Positions 1 through 12,897 of a stretch of DNA of 64,000 bases are shown one piece after another. Under the pieces are notes generated by a model that was not told the origin of the DNA, searched no databases, and was given only the letters and a program-made list of their open reading frames with translations. Made by a program: the position numbers and the translations under genes. Origin of the DNA: Thalia democratica. Taxonomy: Eukaryota. The stretch covers positions 32,488,001 through 32,552,000 of the forward strand of contig OZ241829.1 of NCBI GenBank assembly GCA_965202585.1. Reading direction: 5' to 3'. How positions within the stretch are numbered: the first letter of the stretch is position 1; the number at the start of each line of letters is the position of its first letter.

Positions 1-139
1 TGTTTTACATTTGTTTTTTGTAACAATAGTGTTTCTGATAAGATCAATTTTCACCAAAGTTAAACAAAAACTCAGACTAAGTTAATAAATGTTTATTTAA
101 AAAGTTAAATTGGTTGTAAATTTAATTTACCTTTTTCAG

Positions 140-262
140 GTTTATTACCTGCGAGCAATAGACATGCAGCTGAAAGATAATTCTCAAGATGAGGCCTTAA
201 TTAAAAGGGAGAAGCTAAGAGGTGGGAACTACATGAAAACCTCTAACATGCAGCTTCTTTAA
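140..262 (+). CDS. Probable terminal coding exon of a gene starting upstream of the window (product unknown)
   Basis: Acceptor ctttttcag at 137-139, then an open phase-0 frame VYYLRAIDMQLKDNSQDEALIKREKLRGGNYMKTSNMQLL* with raised GC; AATAAA near 523. Confidence 0.5.
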   Translation, partial: VYYLRAIDMQLKDNSQDEALIKREKLRGGNYMKTSNMQLL

Positions 263-2040
263 AAGTTCCCGACTTTTTACTTGTTTTTCTAAACTTTCTT
301 TACGTATACAAATACTGTGATTCGTCTGCAATTTGTGTGCAGTTTGTGCACCAGTTAGTAGCAGGACATGTGCTATGACCTTCTATTTATTTTTGTTACT
401 GTTTGTTCTTGTTAGAAAAGTGTTAAAACTCTTTAGCTTTATTTTTGATGAAACAGCTAACTTTTAAAGTATTTACAAACACCTTAAACCAAATTTGAAA
501 CAACATGCTTATTTAAAAAATGAATAAATTTTTACTTAGCTGTAAACGTTTTGCACAGTTCCTATAACTAAACTTATTTTATATTACTGATCAAATCTAA
601 ACATTCTCGTTACTAACAACGTTTTCGCTGCTTATACACTGAAAATGTCTGCCGAAAAACAGTTTATTTATATCAAGTTTTTCAAGCAAGCTTCTTGTTT
701 ATGTTGCTCCGAAGAACAAAACTCCAAACAGCTCAAGTTTTGTCCTTACATGTTTTTGTACTGCTTTACGCGAAGTTTTCACACTTTGACGCTTTTCGTA
801 TCTACTTACTGTGATAACTTTAATAATTTATTCGCGTCCAAGGACGCTTTACATGTATTTAATTTATTCACGCAACGCGTAGGTAGCCACTGTAGAAAAA
901 CACCTTGTAGTTTATTTCATTTAACTTAAATTATAATTGACCCGATGCTGGTGGCATTTAGAATTGCTTTTGATGATTTTTCCAATAAACTTTCGAGATT
1001 TCAAACTGGGATGGTAGCTAAAGTTAGCTGCTGGTAAACTTGAGGCTGAAAGTTTCTGCTATAACAAGGTTGAAAGTGTCTCCCGCACGTGTTGTGCGTA
1101 AGTCAAAGTTTGGCTGCTTGGTGATAAAATAAAAAAAAAGTTAACAATGTAGAAAAAATATAAGATTAATAGAATGTGTTGCACAACACTCTGCCTAAAG
1201 TTCCGCTGCTTCTAGGAATATTAAAACTAAGAATTAAAGTATACTGAATATCTTTGAAAGGTCGTTGTTTGTTTTTAGAAGCATATAAAATAGAAGTATT
1301 TATGATTTTTGTTGTGTCTTTTATTTGAACAAAATGTATATTTACATTCCTTATTTTTTCATTTTTTCATGTGTTTTTAATAAACGTTTTTATTACTTTG
1401 TTATTGTCTACTAGTTCAATAAATGCACTAAACACTAAAAATAAACTAAAGTTAAACAATTTTAATTAATCAAACTGACCATGAGTTGGAATATTAGAGA
1501 TCATTTACTTTTGCTAGCTAAATATTTTACTTTTGTTACTATTTTCTTTTTAAGTTAGCTTAGGTTTTGAAAAAAGTTAAATTAACTTTATACATTCATC
1601 TTATCAGTTTGATCAAGTTAAAATGTAAATATTAAGGTTTATGAGTTTGAAAAGAAGTTTTGAAAGTGTCTGTAATTGTACAAATATTTATTTAAGTGTC
1701 AGTAATAGCCTATTATTTACTATATAAGTAGAAGATCTAACTTATTGGAACTTTAAGTTATCAACATAAAATTGTTATTTCTGTTTTATTTAATTAAGTT
1801 TTTCACAAAAGCTTAGTTGCATTTATATAAACTAAGTTTAAAAAACTACTATAAAAATGTTTTATTTTACGGATTACACTTTTACCTATTTGTTGTAACA
1901 TTTTTGCATGGTTTTAATAACTTACTAGATTACTATTGTTATTAGGCAAATTTGATATAATAAACAAAACCTAGATAGTAGAAAAAGATAGAAACTTGTG
2001 ATTTATAGAAAAGTGTTAACAAATATTAAAAAGAATTTTC

Positions 2041-2155
2041 AGTCCTTGACAAGACACTAAACTGTATCCTTGGTGTGCGACCCAATAACCGAAAGATTTT
2101 TCGTACACCAGCTCCTTAGACCAAAATATTTGAGCGCTTTTTGCGTCAAATAAAC
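2041..2155 (+). repeat. ~120-bp structured dispersed repeat, copy 1
   Basis: GGTGTGCGA-cccaat-AACC GAAA GATT-TCGTACACC...GAGCGCTTTTT...AATAAAC; aligns with five other copies. Confidence 0.85.
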
Positions 2156-3899
2156 AAATCTATTACGACTGCTAAAATAACAATACTTTTTCTAAGTTTA
2201 AAAAAAGATTTCATATAATTAGTTTGTTTTGTTTAATATTTAGGCTTTAGGCTTTAGATTCTCTCATTAAGTTTTTTTTTTACACAGTTATCCACAAAAC
2301 ATTTTCAAAATACACAAAGTCACTAACAATTTGAAATAATTTTACTTAGTTGGTTAAAGAAAGGAAAGTATAAAAAGTATTTTGTAGTAAAGATAAATTG
2401 CTATTTACTACTAGATAGATGTCTTATGTAGGCAACAAACAAATAGTTCTTATTTAGTTGGTGAGTTGTGTAAAAATTTGAGTTTAAGCTTTATTAACTT
2501 TGTTAGATGTCATTAATTATTTATTTATAACTAGCAGTTGAACTACACAAGTTTTAGATTCTTTAAAATTTAGTTACATCTACAATTAATTATAAAAAAG
2601 TTTACTTCTGTAGTAAAATCTAAGGTTATTAGTTTTTACTTACCTTCTAGATTGCATAGTTCTTTTTAACTTTACTTAAATATTTACTAGCTTGTCTTGT
2701 TTTGCTGTTTTTCTCTATTACTTTGACTAAAGTTGGTCTGAAAAGTTTTCAAAACTTTAACAAAAATTAAAACTACAAACTGAAGAGTTTTTGTTTTAAA
2801 AACTACGTTTATAAATTTTATTAAAGTTTAATTAAATTTATAATTTATAATGTTTTACATGCTGGTTAATAAAAGTACTAATAACATTTAAGTTTTTTTA
2901 ATGACCTTATGTGTTTTACAGATCTATACGTTTAAACTAAAATAAAAGTTTACTTTTTTTAAATAAATCGTTATTATACAGATGACTACAATGTACTGAG
3001 GTTTGATACAGTTTGATGAATTACAGTGTAGTTGTTTACTTAGCCGAATCGTATGGGTTGAACCAACAAAAATTTCTAACCTACGAAGACAAATAAAATT
3101 TATACTAAGTACAGGTATCAATGTAATAGTCATTGCCTTAAAACACAACCAAAAAATTTCGCCCAAAAGGTAAAAACCGTACATTCCGAATGTTAATAAA
3201 AACTAATGTTAAGGAACCGATAAAATAAAAACAGTATTTTTAGGCAATCGGAATTCCTTGCTATAAAATTTAAAGTTGCTCAACAAGCAGTATTAAACTT
3301 TAGTACTGTTTTTTTTTTATTATTGACATTCGTACAGTTCTTACCTTTGAGGTGGAACTTTTCGGTTTTTATGTAACGACTATTATATTGGTATCTAAAC
3401 TTAGATTTTTTTTCTACGTAGATTGGACATCTTTGTTAGATCCACCAAAGTGGTTCGGTGAAGTGAACACTAGTGTTGATTTAATCGTGACTTATAAAAT
3501 TTTTTTTTTTAGTGCGAATATAAAAGTAAAACCAACAGGAAAAAAAATGGTAAAGGCTTTTTTTAAGCTTATGTTCTTTGTGTTAAAATAATATTATTTA
3601 AATAACTAACAACAACCACTATTTAACTTTTGTGTTTAACGTACTGTTAGTTATTTTGTTTCTATCTAACAAAATTTGGCAGTCTCTTAAGAGCAACGGA
3701 CCAAATTTACTAAAAGTATTTTTTTTTATACTTTTAAAAACTTTTACTGAAAACAATACTCTGTGCAGACTAAATACCAAATACACACGTTTTATAAATA
3801 AACAATAATATTTTATTCTCACATATTATTACAAAAAAAAAGTGTTTCACTATTGTTTGTAATAATCTAGGAGAATAAAATATAATTCGTCTCCTTTTA

Positions 3900-5500
3900 G
3901 AAATAGAGAAAGTGTTAAAGAAATAACTTATAAAAATGTTCCAAATACAAAATCATCTAAAGCTAAACAATAGTTGAAATCAAAACCTTGGATAACTAAA
4001 GCAATATTAAAACCCATAAAACAAAAATATAAATCATTCAAAAATATCTGGAAAAATAATTTTGTTAATCCAATTGAAGTTCAAGAATAAAAAAAAATAT
4101 TGAAACAAACTTACAAAAATTAAAACAATATCAAAAAGGCATACTATGAAAACATACTTAAAACTTCTGAAAAAAATACATCGAAAATTTGGATAATGAT
4201 AAATAACATAACAAATAGGAAAAAACAAGAAAACCAATTCCTACACCTATTAGATATAATTTAAAATTCTTATACTAAACCAGTTGAAATAGTTAATGAA
4301 TTAAATATTCATTTTGCGAATATTGGGTTACAGACCTGTACAAAAAAAGTTAAACTTTGAACTCAGCTAATAAAATAAAAACGTTAGTAACAGTTTCTTC
4401 TGGTTAGGTGTAACTAAATTAGAAATGTTTACCATGTGAGAAAGCTTAGATTCAAACAAGGCCAATGGTTATGAAAATATCTCAGTAAAAATTCTTAAAA
4501 AAAATTTACAGTCTTGTCTCTTAAGTTTCAAGTGAATTGATTAATCAAGTATATTGTGAAAGCGAATATCTAAATAATTTAAAACTAGCAAAAGTAATTC
4601 CAATATTCAAATCAGGATCAAAAAAGTTACCAGGCAACTTTAGAACAATCTCAGTTTTATCTAACTGAAATAAATTAGTTGAAAAAGTAATATACAATCG
4701 TTTATATAGTTTTTTTATTAAAAATTATGTATTAAAAAATTTAGTTTTTCAGAGAACCACTCTACTACCATGGCTTTGTCTGAATTTTTAGAAGGCGTTC
4801 TGAAAAGCTTTGATAAGGGAGAAACAGTATGTGCGGCATTACTTGACTTTAGTAAAGCATTTGACAGTGTTGATAGAAGGATTTTACTAAACAAATTAGA
4901 ATGTTATGGTGTAAGAGGGAAAACGCAATTGTCAATTAAGTCTTACTTGACTAAAAGGAAACAGTATGTTAATTTTTGTGGGTATGAATCAACACGTGAA
5001 AAAACTGACGTAGGAGTACCACTAGGTTCAGTCCTAGGACCTCTTTTATTTTTTATGCACATTAAAAACCTACAAAATAATACTAGATTAAGATTATTTT
5101 ATTTTGCAGACGATAACTTACTGTATAGATCATTTAATAAAAACACATATTTATAAGACAGTGACAACCTTAATTTTGTACTTCAAAAAGTCTCAAATTT
5201 GTTTAAAGAAAATAGACTTAAAAGAATATAGATAAAACTAGAAGTATTCTATTTAATCCAATTAAAACATTTTTTTTAGAAAAGTATAAAATTTGAAGTC
5301 GAAATAGGTTAAACAGTAGTAAAAATCGTAAAAAGCTACAAGTACTTAGGAGTAATAACAGTTAATAATTTAAGTTGGGCAGAACATAATGAAATGGTAA
5401 AAAGTAAATTATTAAAGGCAATCGGTGTTCTTTATAAAACAAGGTACTTTCTAAAAAAAATATTTATACTTAATTCTTAATTCCCTTTATATGAGCCATA
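3900..5500 (+). mobile_element. Decayed CR1/L2-type non-LTR retrotransposon (reverse transcriptase remnant)
   Basis: ORF 4770..5156 has LLDFSKAFDSVD, GVPLGSVLGPLLF and FADD RT motifs; flanking frames give PWIT and KAIGVLYKTRYF with stops and frameshifts. Confidence 0.9.
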
Positions 5501-5506
5501 TAAGGT

Positions 5507-6027
5507 GGGTAGCTGTCTAAATTGCACAACCGTACTAAATTGCACGAAGGGACAAAATTGCACGAAAGCACATAATTGCACGATGATACTTTTGCACTAG
5601 AAGATAAAATTGCACGAAGATACTTTTGCACGAAGGATCAATTTTGCACGAAGACACTTGTGCACTAGCAGACAGTTTTGCACGGAGACAATTTTGGACG
5701 AGTTATTTATTTATTTTTTTTTAATAGTTTTATAAATATTACTGTTTTATTTTTTCTTTTTTTTTTCTTTACTATCACGTTACCTTTAACCCTTACCTTC
5801 GGTCAGTAACTTTTTTTTTCTGTTTATTTATTTTTTCTCTGTGTATTTAAGTCTCGTGCAAAAATTTAACTCGTGCAAAATCGTCTTTATGCAAATTTGT
5901 TACCTCGTGCAAATTTGACTTCCTGCAAATTTGAATTCCTGCAAATTTGACTTTGTGCAATCTTGTGCTTTCGTGCAATTTAGTATCCTCGTGCAATTTT
6001 ATCTTTGTGCAATTTAGACCCGTTCCC
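5507..6027. mobile_element. Foldback/MULE-like MITE with tandem AAATTGCACGAAG units in inverted arms, copy 1
   Basis: Left arm repeats AAATTGCACGA, right arm TCGTGCAATTT. Ends GGGTAGCTGTCTAAATTGCAC and (revcomp) GGGAACGGGTCTAAATTGCAC; ATATAAG on both flanks; inserted at the end of the LINE remnant. Confidence 0.8.
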
Positions 6028-6826
6028 AATATAAGTATATATCAAATGTCTATTATATTTTGATAGTTTACTTACTTGTGATCATTTCGAAATCATAAAA
6101 CAATTGTAAAGGAGCAAACTTTATAACACTTTTTATTAAACTGTATTTTTAAAATTGTTCTAGTTTTTGTTAAAAGTTACTATATGTTAAAAGTCTAGAA
6201 TCTAGATAGTTTATACCTCTTACTTTATTAAAAATGTATGTACTTCAATTACCCTTTTTTATTTTATGGGTTTTTATAGTTTATTAATATCAAATTTTAA
6301 GGCAGTGAGGCAAATAACAAAAGTAGACTCTAAGAAGTATACTTTAAAAATGAGATGAAAAATAACGTAATATTTTTTTTCATCTAACATAGAACCAAAA
6401 GCAACAATAAATACTAGCAATTCTGCTGAATACGACATTTTAAAAAGGTATTAAAATAAATATAACATTATAAAACTTTATTTTAAGTTGTCTTATATAC
6501 GAATGTTTTCATTTGGAATAATAATTTGGAATCTATAGAGTAGTTAGAGTTAAACTACGTCACACTTCTAATGAAAACTCCGTGAGCTTGTTATATTCTT
6601 TTTTTTTTTGAGTTTCTATAGCACATACTTTACTAACGAATTAAACTAAACGCAAACAATATTAATGAAATTAAATTTAGTACTTTTTTTAAACACATAG
6701 CTTTTTGTACTTAAACAATGTTGAGAAGCTAAACATCGTTATTTGATCGTGAAAATTTGATAAAAAAGTTTAGAAATTTTTCTCAACATTATTGTCGCAT
6801 TCAAATCCAATATTTCCTGTTCCTAC

Positions 6827-7278
6827 CGCTGATGACAATTGGCCGCCGCAGATAGAGCTAGAACCATCTTTAGACACGAGTACCCAAAATCGTCATCTGT
6901 TGATATTTTATTCAGTGAGTAACAAAATACTTTTGAAAATACGTTTTAGTTCAGTTTTCAAAATGCCCCCTCCAAAGAAATTGAAAAACTATGGCCCCCT
7001 CCAATAAAATTTTTAAAGAAACTTAACTTAAATACGCCTTAGACCTTTTTAAATGATCACCTCAACAATATCTGGTACAAGTTTCTAATTATGGCCTTAT
7101 GGCCCCTTATTTGAATGAATTCTTGTCGAAAAAAAAATTAACAAAAGTTTATGGTTTTTTAACAAAAATACCAACCATTTTCGGATTTACCATCATCTTG
7201 AACAGCTTTACCATGTGCTAGTGCCGAAAAAGCAAGCAGATTAAAAAGTATACACAAGGCCAGTTTCACACTGTTCAT
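6827..7278 (-). CDS. First two exons of a predicted secreted protein or peptide (3' end unresolved)
   Basis: Exon 7278-7191 encodes signal peptide MNSVKLALCILFNLLAFSALAHGKAVQDD with donor GTAAAT (phase 1). Exon 6896-6827 follows acceptor caacag and reads DDDFGYSCLKMVLALSAAANCHQR, then either donor GTAGGA or an in-frame TAG. Confidence 0.55.
6960..7115. mobile_element. Degenerate fragment of the same hAT MITE family as 40769..41162
   Basis: Shared ATGGCCCCC subterminal motifs (TGAAAAACTATGGCCCCCT, TTATGGCCTTATGGCCCC). Confidence 0.55.
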
Positions 7279-10200
7279 AAAATGCACAATAAATTCGATG
7301 CTAAGTTAAAAGTGTAATGTAAAAATTTTAATAAAACGAAGAAATTAAGGGTAGTGTTTACTGCTTTCAGCCTACGCAGGTAGAAGAAAATTAGACCCCA
7401 CTCAAATTACTCTTCTTCATCCCTGGTTAACTTCTGAAATTTTTGCATATACACCAGTGTTACCTGAAGCAAAGCACAAGCTGACTTTTTATATTTTCTC
7501 TAAAATGTATTTTTTACAGGAGTTGGTCAACATTAAGTAAAGTTATTGTTTGATTTTGTTGTACACATACTTAAAACTTAAAAAGAGATTTCATTTAAAA
7601 TGTTATAAACCATTCATAAGTTTTTATAATTCTACATTTATTTCTTACTATAGAGGTATTTACAGTAAGAAGAAAAATTTAAACTTATAGTACAGATACT
7701 TGTAATACCTTAAATTACTTTTGCTTCTTAGCTACCACGGATAAATTTAGATTTCACGAAAAAGAGTAATTTATTGAACTTGCAATAAATATTAGACAAT
7801 AATTATATAATTTAACATTAAATTCCAGGGAAACTAAATTTGCACGGTGCAGAAAGAACAGAACGTAATAGTTTTTATGGTTTTATCAAATAACATTCCT
7901 GATGATTTTTAAAAAAAGACTGTTAAGCGAAGCCGCTAACATTAACAACACTACTGCTTTCAATTCCTTTATTATTGTAGAACTAAAAGTTTCAAAGTTA
8001 TTTTACTTTTATTCGAATAAAACCAGAGTAAAACATTAATGCATACAAATCAGAAAGTTTATGTTATACTGATAAAATACTTGGTTTTTTGTAATTACTA
8101 GCCTACGTATTGTAATAACGATACTGTTTATTTGCAGTTGTATTTATTAAATAAGAATGTGTAACCTAAAAAATTAAAACAACATAAGCTTGTGTTTTTG
8201 AAAGTTAAAATGTTTACTAAATATATTTTTTTGTATGTTTTGAAATGCTCACTGAACTAATGAGATATTTTGACAACGTTTAGAAATTGATCTTAGATAT
8301 TACTATCTTTGTTTATTAACTGTATTCCACTATTTGATTTTTACGTCCTTACTTTTTTATACTTTAAATTTATGTTAAAGTATATCTGTTTAAACTAGTT
8401 ATTTATTGTTGAATGAAATATTTTCAAACTAAATAAGTTGGTTTAATCTTTAAATATTTAAAATATAAAACTTCTTTGTATAGTTTAAGCTTCATTGATT
8501 GAATGAAATAGTTGATTTTTATTCATATTTAATCGCTTACTTATTTAGTATATGTAACTTTTTAAATTATTTACTCGCTTACTTATTTAACATATGTAAC
8601 TTTTTAAATTCTTATCACAGATCAATTAGTTTTTATATAGAAAACTTTTGTTTTGGTGTTTCAACTTTAGCAATAGCTTTCTAGTAATGTAATAACTACT
8701 AAGACAGTTTTACTTTAGAGAAAAAAAAAAGTTAGTGAAAACTTCTGAAAGCAATCTAATAAAACTTCTGAAAGCAGTTTAAAGATTCCCAATAAACTTT
8801 TTTTTTTAAGTTTAATGTAAACCTGAAAATTAAAAGTTTAAAAAAAGTATAACTGCTATACTTATTAAGTTAATAGGTTTACTGAACAGAAGAGTTAAAA
8901 AACTTTAGTAATTAACTTTTTTTAAGCTTGGTTATTTATCTTAATCTAGTATATTATCTAGATTCAAAATAGAAAAAAAGAAAGCTTATAAGTTTTTTTT
9001 AGTTTAATAGTTAGCTTTTTTCTTACTAAGAATATAAAATATTTATAGTATTAACATATTTATATTTTTTATAGCTTAAATATACAATTAAAGCTATTTA
9101 ACATATATGAAACTTGCATTCTAAACAAAATGTTTAGTTTATTTTAAAAACAGTTTATCTTTATGTATCTTAAAGTTGTGCAATATTACTGCTAAAATTC
9201 AAGACAATAACCTTTTAAATTCTTTTAATTTAATCCTCCTTAACAGAATCAAGTTGAGAAAATCTTACAACAAAAAAAAAAGTGTTTCCTTCATATACTA
9301 ATTTTAGCTGTCATTTGATAAAAAAATCATAAGTAGCAGACTGTTTAAATTTCATAAACCAATCATTATTAAAAACTTATAACTTATAATCCACTTCTTT
9401 TGTTATCATTTGCATTTAACAACGTATAACTTAAGTTTTTAAAATAATTTTTTGATAATATAAATGTAAGAACGTAAAGCTTATAATAAAATACATTATA
9501 ATTGTTGATTTGTATTGCTAATTAATTGCAATAAACATTTTGATGCTAAAAAAAAAAATTCTTCTTAAACTTTTGTTTTACCACTTGTTGTTTTTATATA
9601 TATTTTTAGCAGTTATTTTTAGCACAACAACTTTTAAACAGCTAAGATTTTAATTGTTACAATAACTATATTTTGATTTTAACACTGTAAGATATTTACA
9701 TAAAGTTACTTTATTTTTTTTTAAACTTCAGCTTATTTCGTATACACAGTTTGTAATACAGTATTTAAATAAAATATACATAATACAAGTTAAAAAATAG
9801 ATTAACTTTTTTTTCTAAAGTGCTTCATGAATCACTAAAAAGAAGTTTATAACATATATAAACATCATTTTTTATTACTGTTAGGCTGAATTACTTTTAT
9901 CTTAAACCATTTAAACTTTTTATTTTTAATATTTTTTTTTCTAACAGTTTTTAAGTTTATTACTTAATTGTATTTACTTCTAAATATTATATTATTTAAA
10001 AGCTTCGATACAGATAATATTCTAAAGTATTTAGTGACAATAGTTAAGTATTTATTTAATGATAAGAATAAAATTACTTCTAAAAATTTCTTACCATTTT
10101 TGATTTATTTGAAATCTCAATTTCAAAATTAAAACTATCAAGTTAGTCGCTATAACTATATCAATTGAAGAAATAAATTTCAGTAGATAAAGGATAGGAT

Positions 10201-11079
10201 TTATATTTAAGCTTAAAAATTCTTAAATTTTCAAATTAGTTTATAATATGAAGATATATGCTTTTGTATATACTTTTTTTAGATTAAGCTATTGTAATTA
10301 GTTTTGACTAGATTTTATTTCATAACATTAATTAGTTTTATTGTATATTTATCGTGGCGTTTGCGCAATTTTAACAATTTGACGGGTAAAAATTTAACAA
10401 GTAAGTTTTGAAAATGCTTTCATACACAAGTTAACAACGATTCATTATACTAAACGAAATGAAATAGAAAAACGTAGAACTTATCAATTAATTCAAACTT
10501 CGGTCTTGTTTTAAATAAGATAAAAAACAAGTATGTTGTAATCATATTTGAAAAAAATAGAGTATTCTATAAGATTTTAAACTACGTACTAAAGTATGAA
10601 GTAATTCAAACATTGTAAGAAACTTTAACCTAGCTTTAAAAATTAAAAAGTTATCAAAAGCATTAAGTCTTAAAATAAACAAGTTTAACAGACGAGTCTA
10701 TTATAAAAAAAAGTAGCAGCATTAAAGTTTTATGAATGAGTATTTTAAATCAAGTAGCGTTTAAAAAGCACCAACAAAACTTTATTTTAATTAGTAAGTG
10801 ATCAGCATAGCAAAGACTAAACTTAAGTTACAGACAATTGTTTACTAATCAAGCAAAAGGTTTCAGTTTTCAAATTAGCATTGTTGAATTATTCAAGCTT
10901 CTTGCTCATCCCTATTTCAAACTTTTTACAAGTTAAAAGCTTTTAGGAAGATCAAATTCAATAGGTCGCTTTCGAACGACCACAACGAGCCGCGCAAGCT
11001 GACCCCTACATGCAAGCAAAGTTGATCTCTCCGCCTCGAACAACAACTCACGGAAGCTGTGGTTTCCTCACAAAACATC

Positions 11080-12897
11080 TCAGCTCTTTTTGATTAGTTT
11101 CCAGGCGATCAGGGAAACGATTATGCCGAAAACGCACGCGCACGGAACCATAATCAGCAATGAGGGCATGGAATGGTCTTCCTGCGCTTTGTCGCCACGG
11201 CTGCCCGCGTCACGACTTTTTTCACCGATGGGCGCAGCTTTTTTTGTGGCACGATTTGAAAGCTTTCCGCGATCTGAAACTTCAGGCGTTGCAGTTTTGT
11301 TTGTCTGACCACCGAGCGAAGTTGTTGACGTTGTGGGGTCGCCTTGCCTTGAATTCGATGTCGATTCAGCGGTGCTCGTGTGAAAGTCGCTTGATGGCGT
11401 TGAAGTTTCCTTTTTCGTGGAAGTAGTTGGTTTGTTCGTGGTAACCGTATGTCTGGTTGGTTTAAAGTCGCGTAGGTTTTTTGGGTGGTGGTGTTTTTTG
11501 TTGTGCTTGCCCCTACTGTTGCAGTAGTTTTTCTTGCAACATCTTATGCTACATTTGCTGTAAAAATTATTAGCAGTTAAAAACTAGTTTGTAGTCGAAA
11601 ACAGTTAAAAGCTAAATGCACAATTGAAATAAACTTTTTTATGTAAAATGTATGCACTATTCGAATACGATATAACTTTTGTTAAAATTTGATCTTTTTT
11701 AGTTGAGATAAAATAACATATTTTACTTAAAAACAATGAAAACTTATCTAATTTCTTATCAATCTGCAAAACTGAAAGCTCTACAAAGAAATAATATCAA
11801 AGCTTGGCAAACATTTCAAAGTTAACAAGTTATTTCATCACGTTGTTTTGTTGTGCTGCTTGACAAAGCAGATAAAAATTTTAATTTTGCACTGATAAGA
11901 GGCAAATAAAACTAGCCATGTTGGGTGGTCTGTATACTTAAATACTTGGTTGAAACAGATTTGATACAGAAATCAATTCAAAACAAATTGAAGATTCATA
12001 TATTTAAAAATACAACTTATTACACAAATTACAGTTACTCCGTTTCACTGCAAAGCGGGTTTTCAAACTGTGGTCATGCAAAAAATGCTAAAATGACAAA
12101 CTATGCAAAAATTAATAAATATTGGTGAAAATATAGTAAAACTTAAGAAAAAACATGGTGCTTTGGTCTGCACACTACCTTGTAAGGTTCATGCTGCGGA
12201 TGTTGAGTAAACTTTTGATCATCTCACAGTGCCTCTCCTGGTCGCAATCGTCGTCTTTTTCCATCAAGCACTTCAAATAGACTGCTTGCTCTATTTAATT
12301 GAGTTTGGTTTTGAAAAAATACATGCGTATGAAAGAGTTTAGTTTTTAAGTGGCAATTTAACGCTCTTGTAATTTGACAGTTATGTAGTTAATTATCATT
12401 TTTAATATTTTTATTAACAACAAACAAACTTTATTAGTTTAGTTTCCTAAAAATTTACTTTTTACCAAAAACCTTAATAAGAATAAGTATCTATTTTTTT
12501 CATCAAAAACACTTTTTATTTAAGTCAGAGGTGAAAAAGTGATATTTCCCGTGAATATAAAAAATAGTTGTTGCGAATTAAAAAAATTAAACATTTTTTA
12601 AATTATTTCAATAGTTTTGAACTTTAGAAACTAAATATAGTTTATTTATGTAAAAACATCTTAAATAAGCATTTAGGCAACTATCTAAAATCAAATTTTA
12701 TTAGGATACTAACCTAATCGACTATGGTTCGCATTAACTGGCATCCTAACTTGTATGGCAGCTTTTAAGCATTTTGAAGCGTTGTGACACTTTTCCGACA
12801 CTTGCTCATTGCCCTTCCAGAAAAAGTTGTCATAGCAAGAAAGCTGTAGTGAAAAATGAGCACAAAAGATCAACAAGTAGCAAATGGGCCCCTTCAT
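11080..12897 (-). CDS. Three-finger (Ly6/uPAR-type) protein with Ser/Thr-rich stalk and C-terminal TM helix, 257 aa
   Basis: Exons 12897-12714, 12290-12179 and 11557-11080 join in frame via GT-AG. Signal peptide MKGPICYLLIFCAHFSLQ; 10 Cys ending CSIRCCKKNYCN; Thr/Ser-rich stalk; TM LLIMVPCACVFGIIVSLIAW; tail KLIKKS. Confidence 0.85.

Noticed and set aside
5847-6029. ORF with repeated KLHE motifs; CRISPR-like periodicity
   Set aside because: Translation of the tandem units of a foldback MITE; no unique spacers and no cas genes, in a eukaryotic context.
6775-6893. Alternative minus frame FWVLVSKDGSSSICGGQLSSAVGTGNIGFECD resembling a lectin strand, preceded by TGA (possible Sec)
   Set aside because: Phase-incompatible with the upstream signal-peptide exon; no SECIS seen.
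8528-8611. ~41-bp tandem duplication (also short duplications near 8740, 13730-13890 and 20027-20062)
   Set aside because: Ordinary slippage-type duplications in AT-rich DNA with no further structure.
11090-11426. Plus-strand ORFs of 72 and 88 aa
   Set aside because: Antisense to the last exon of the three-finger gene, which has the coherent spliced frame.
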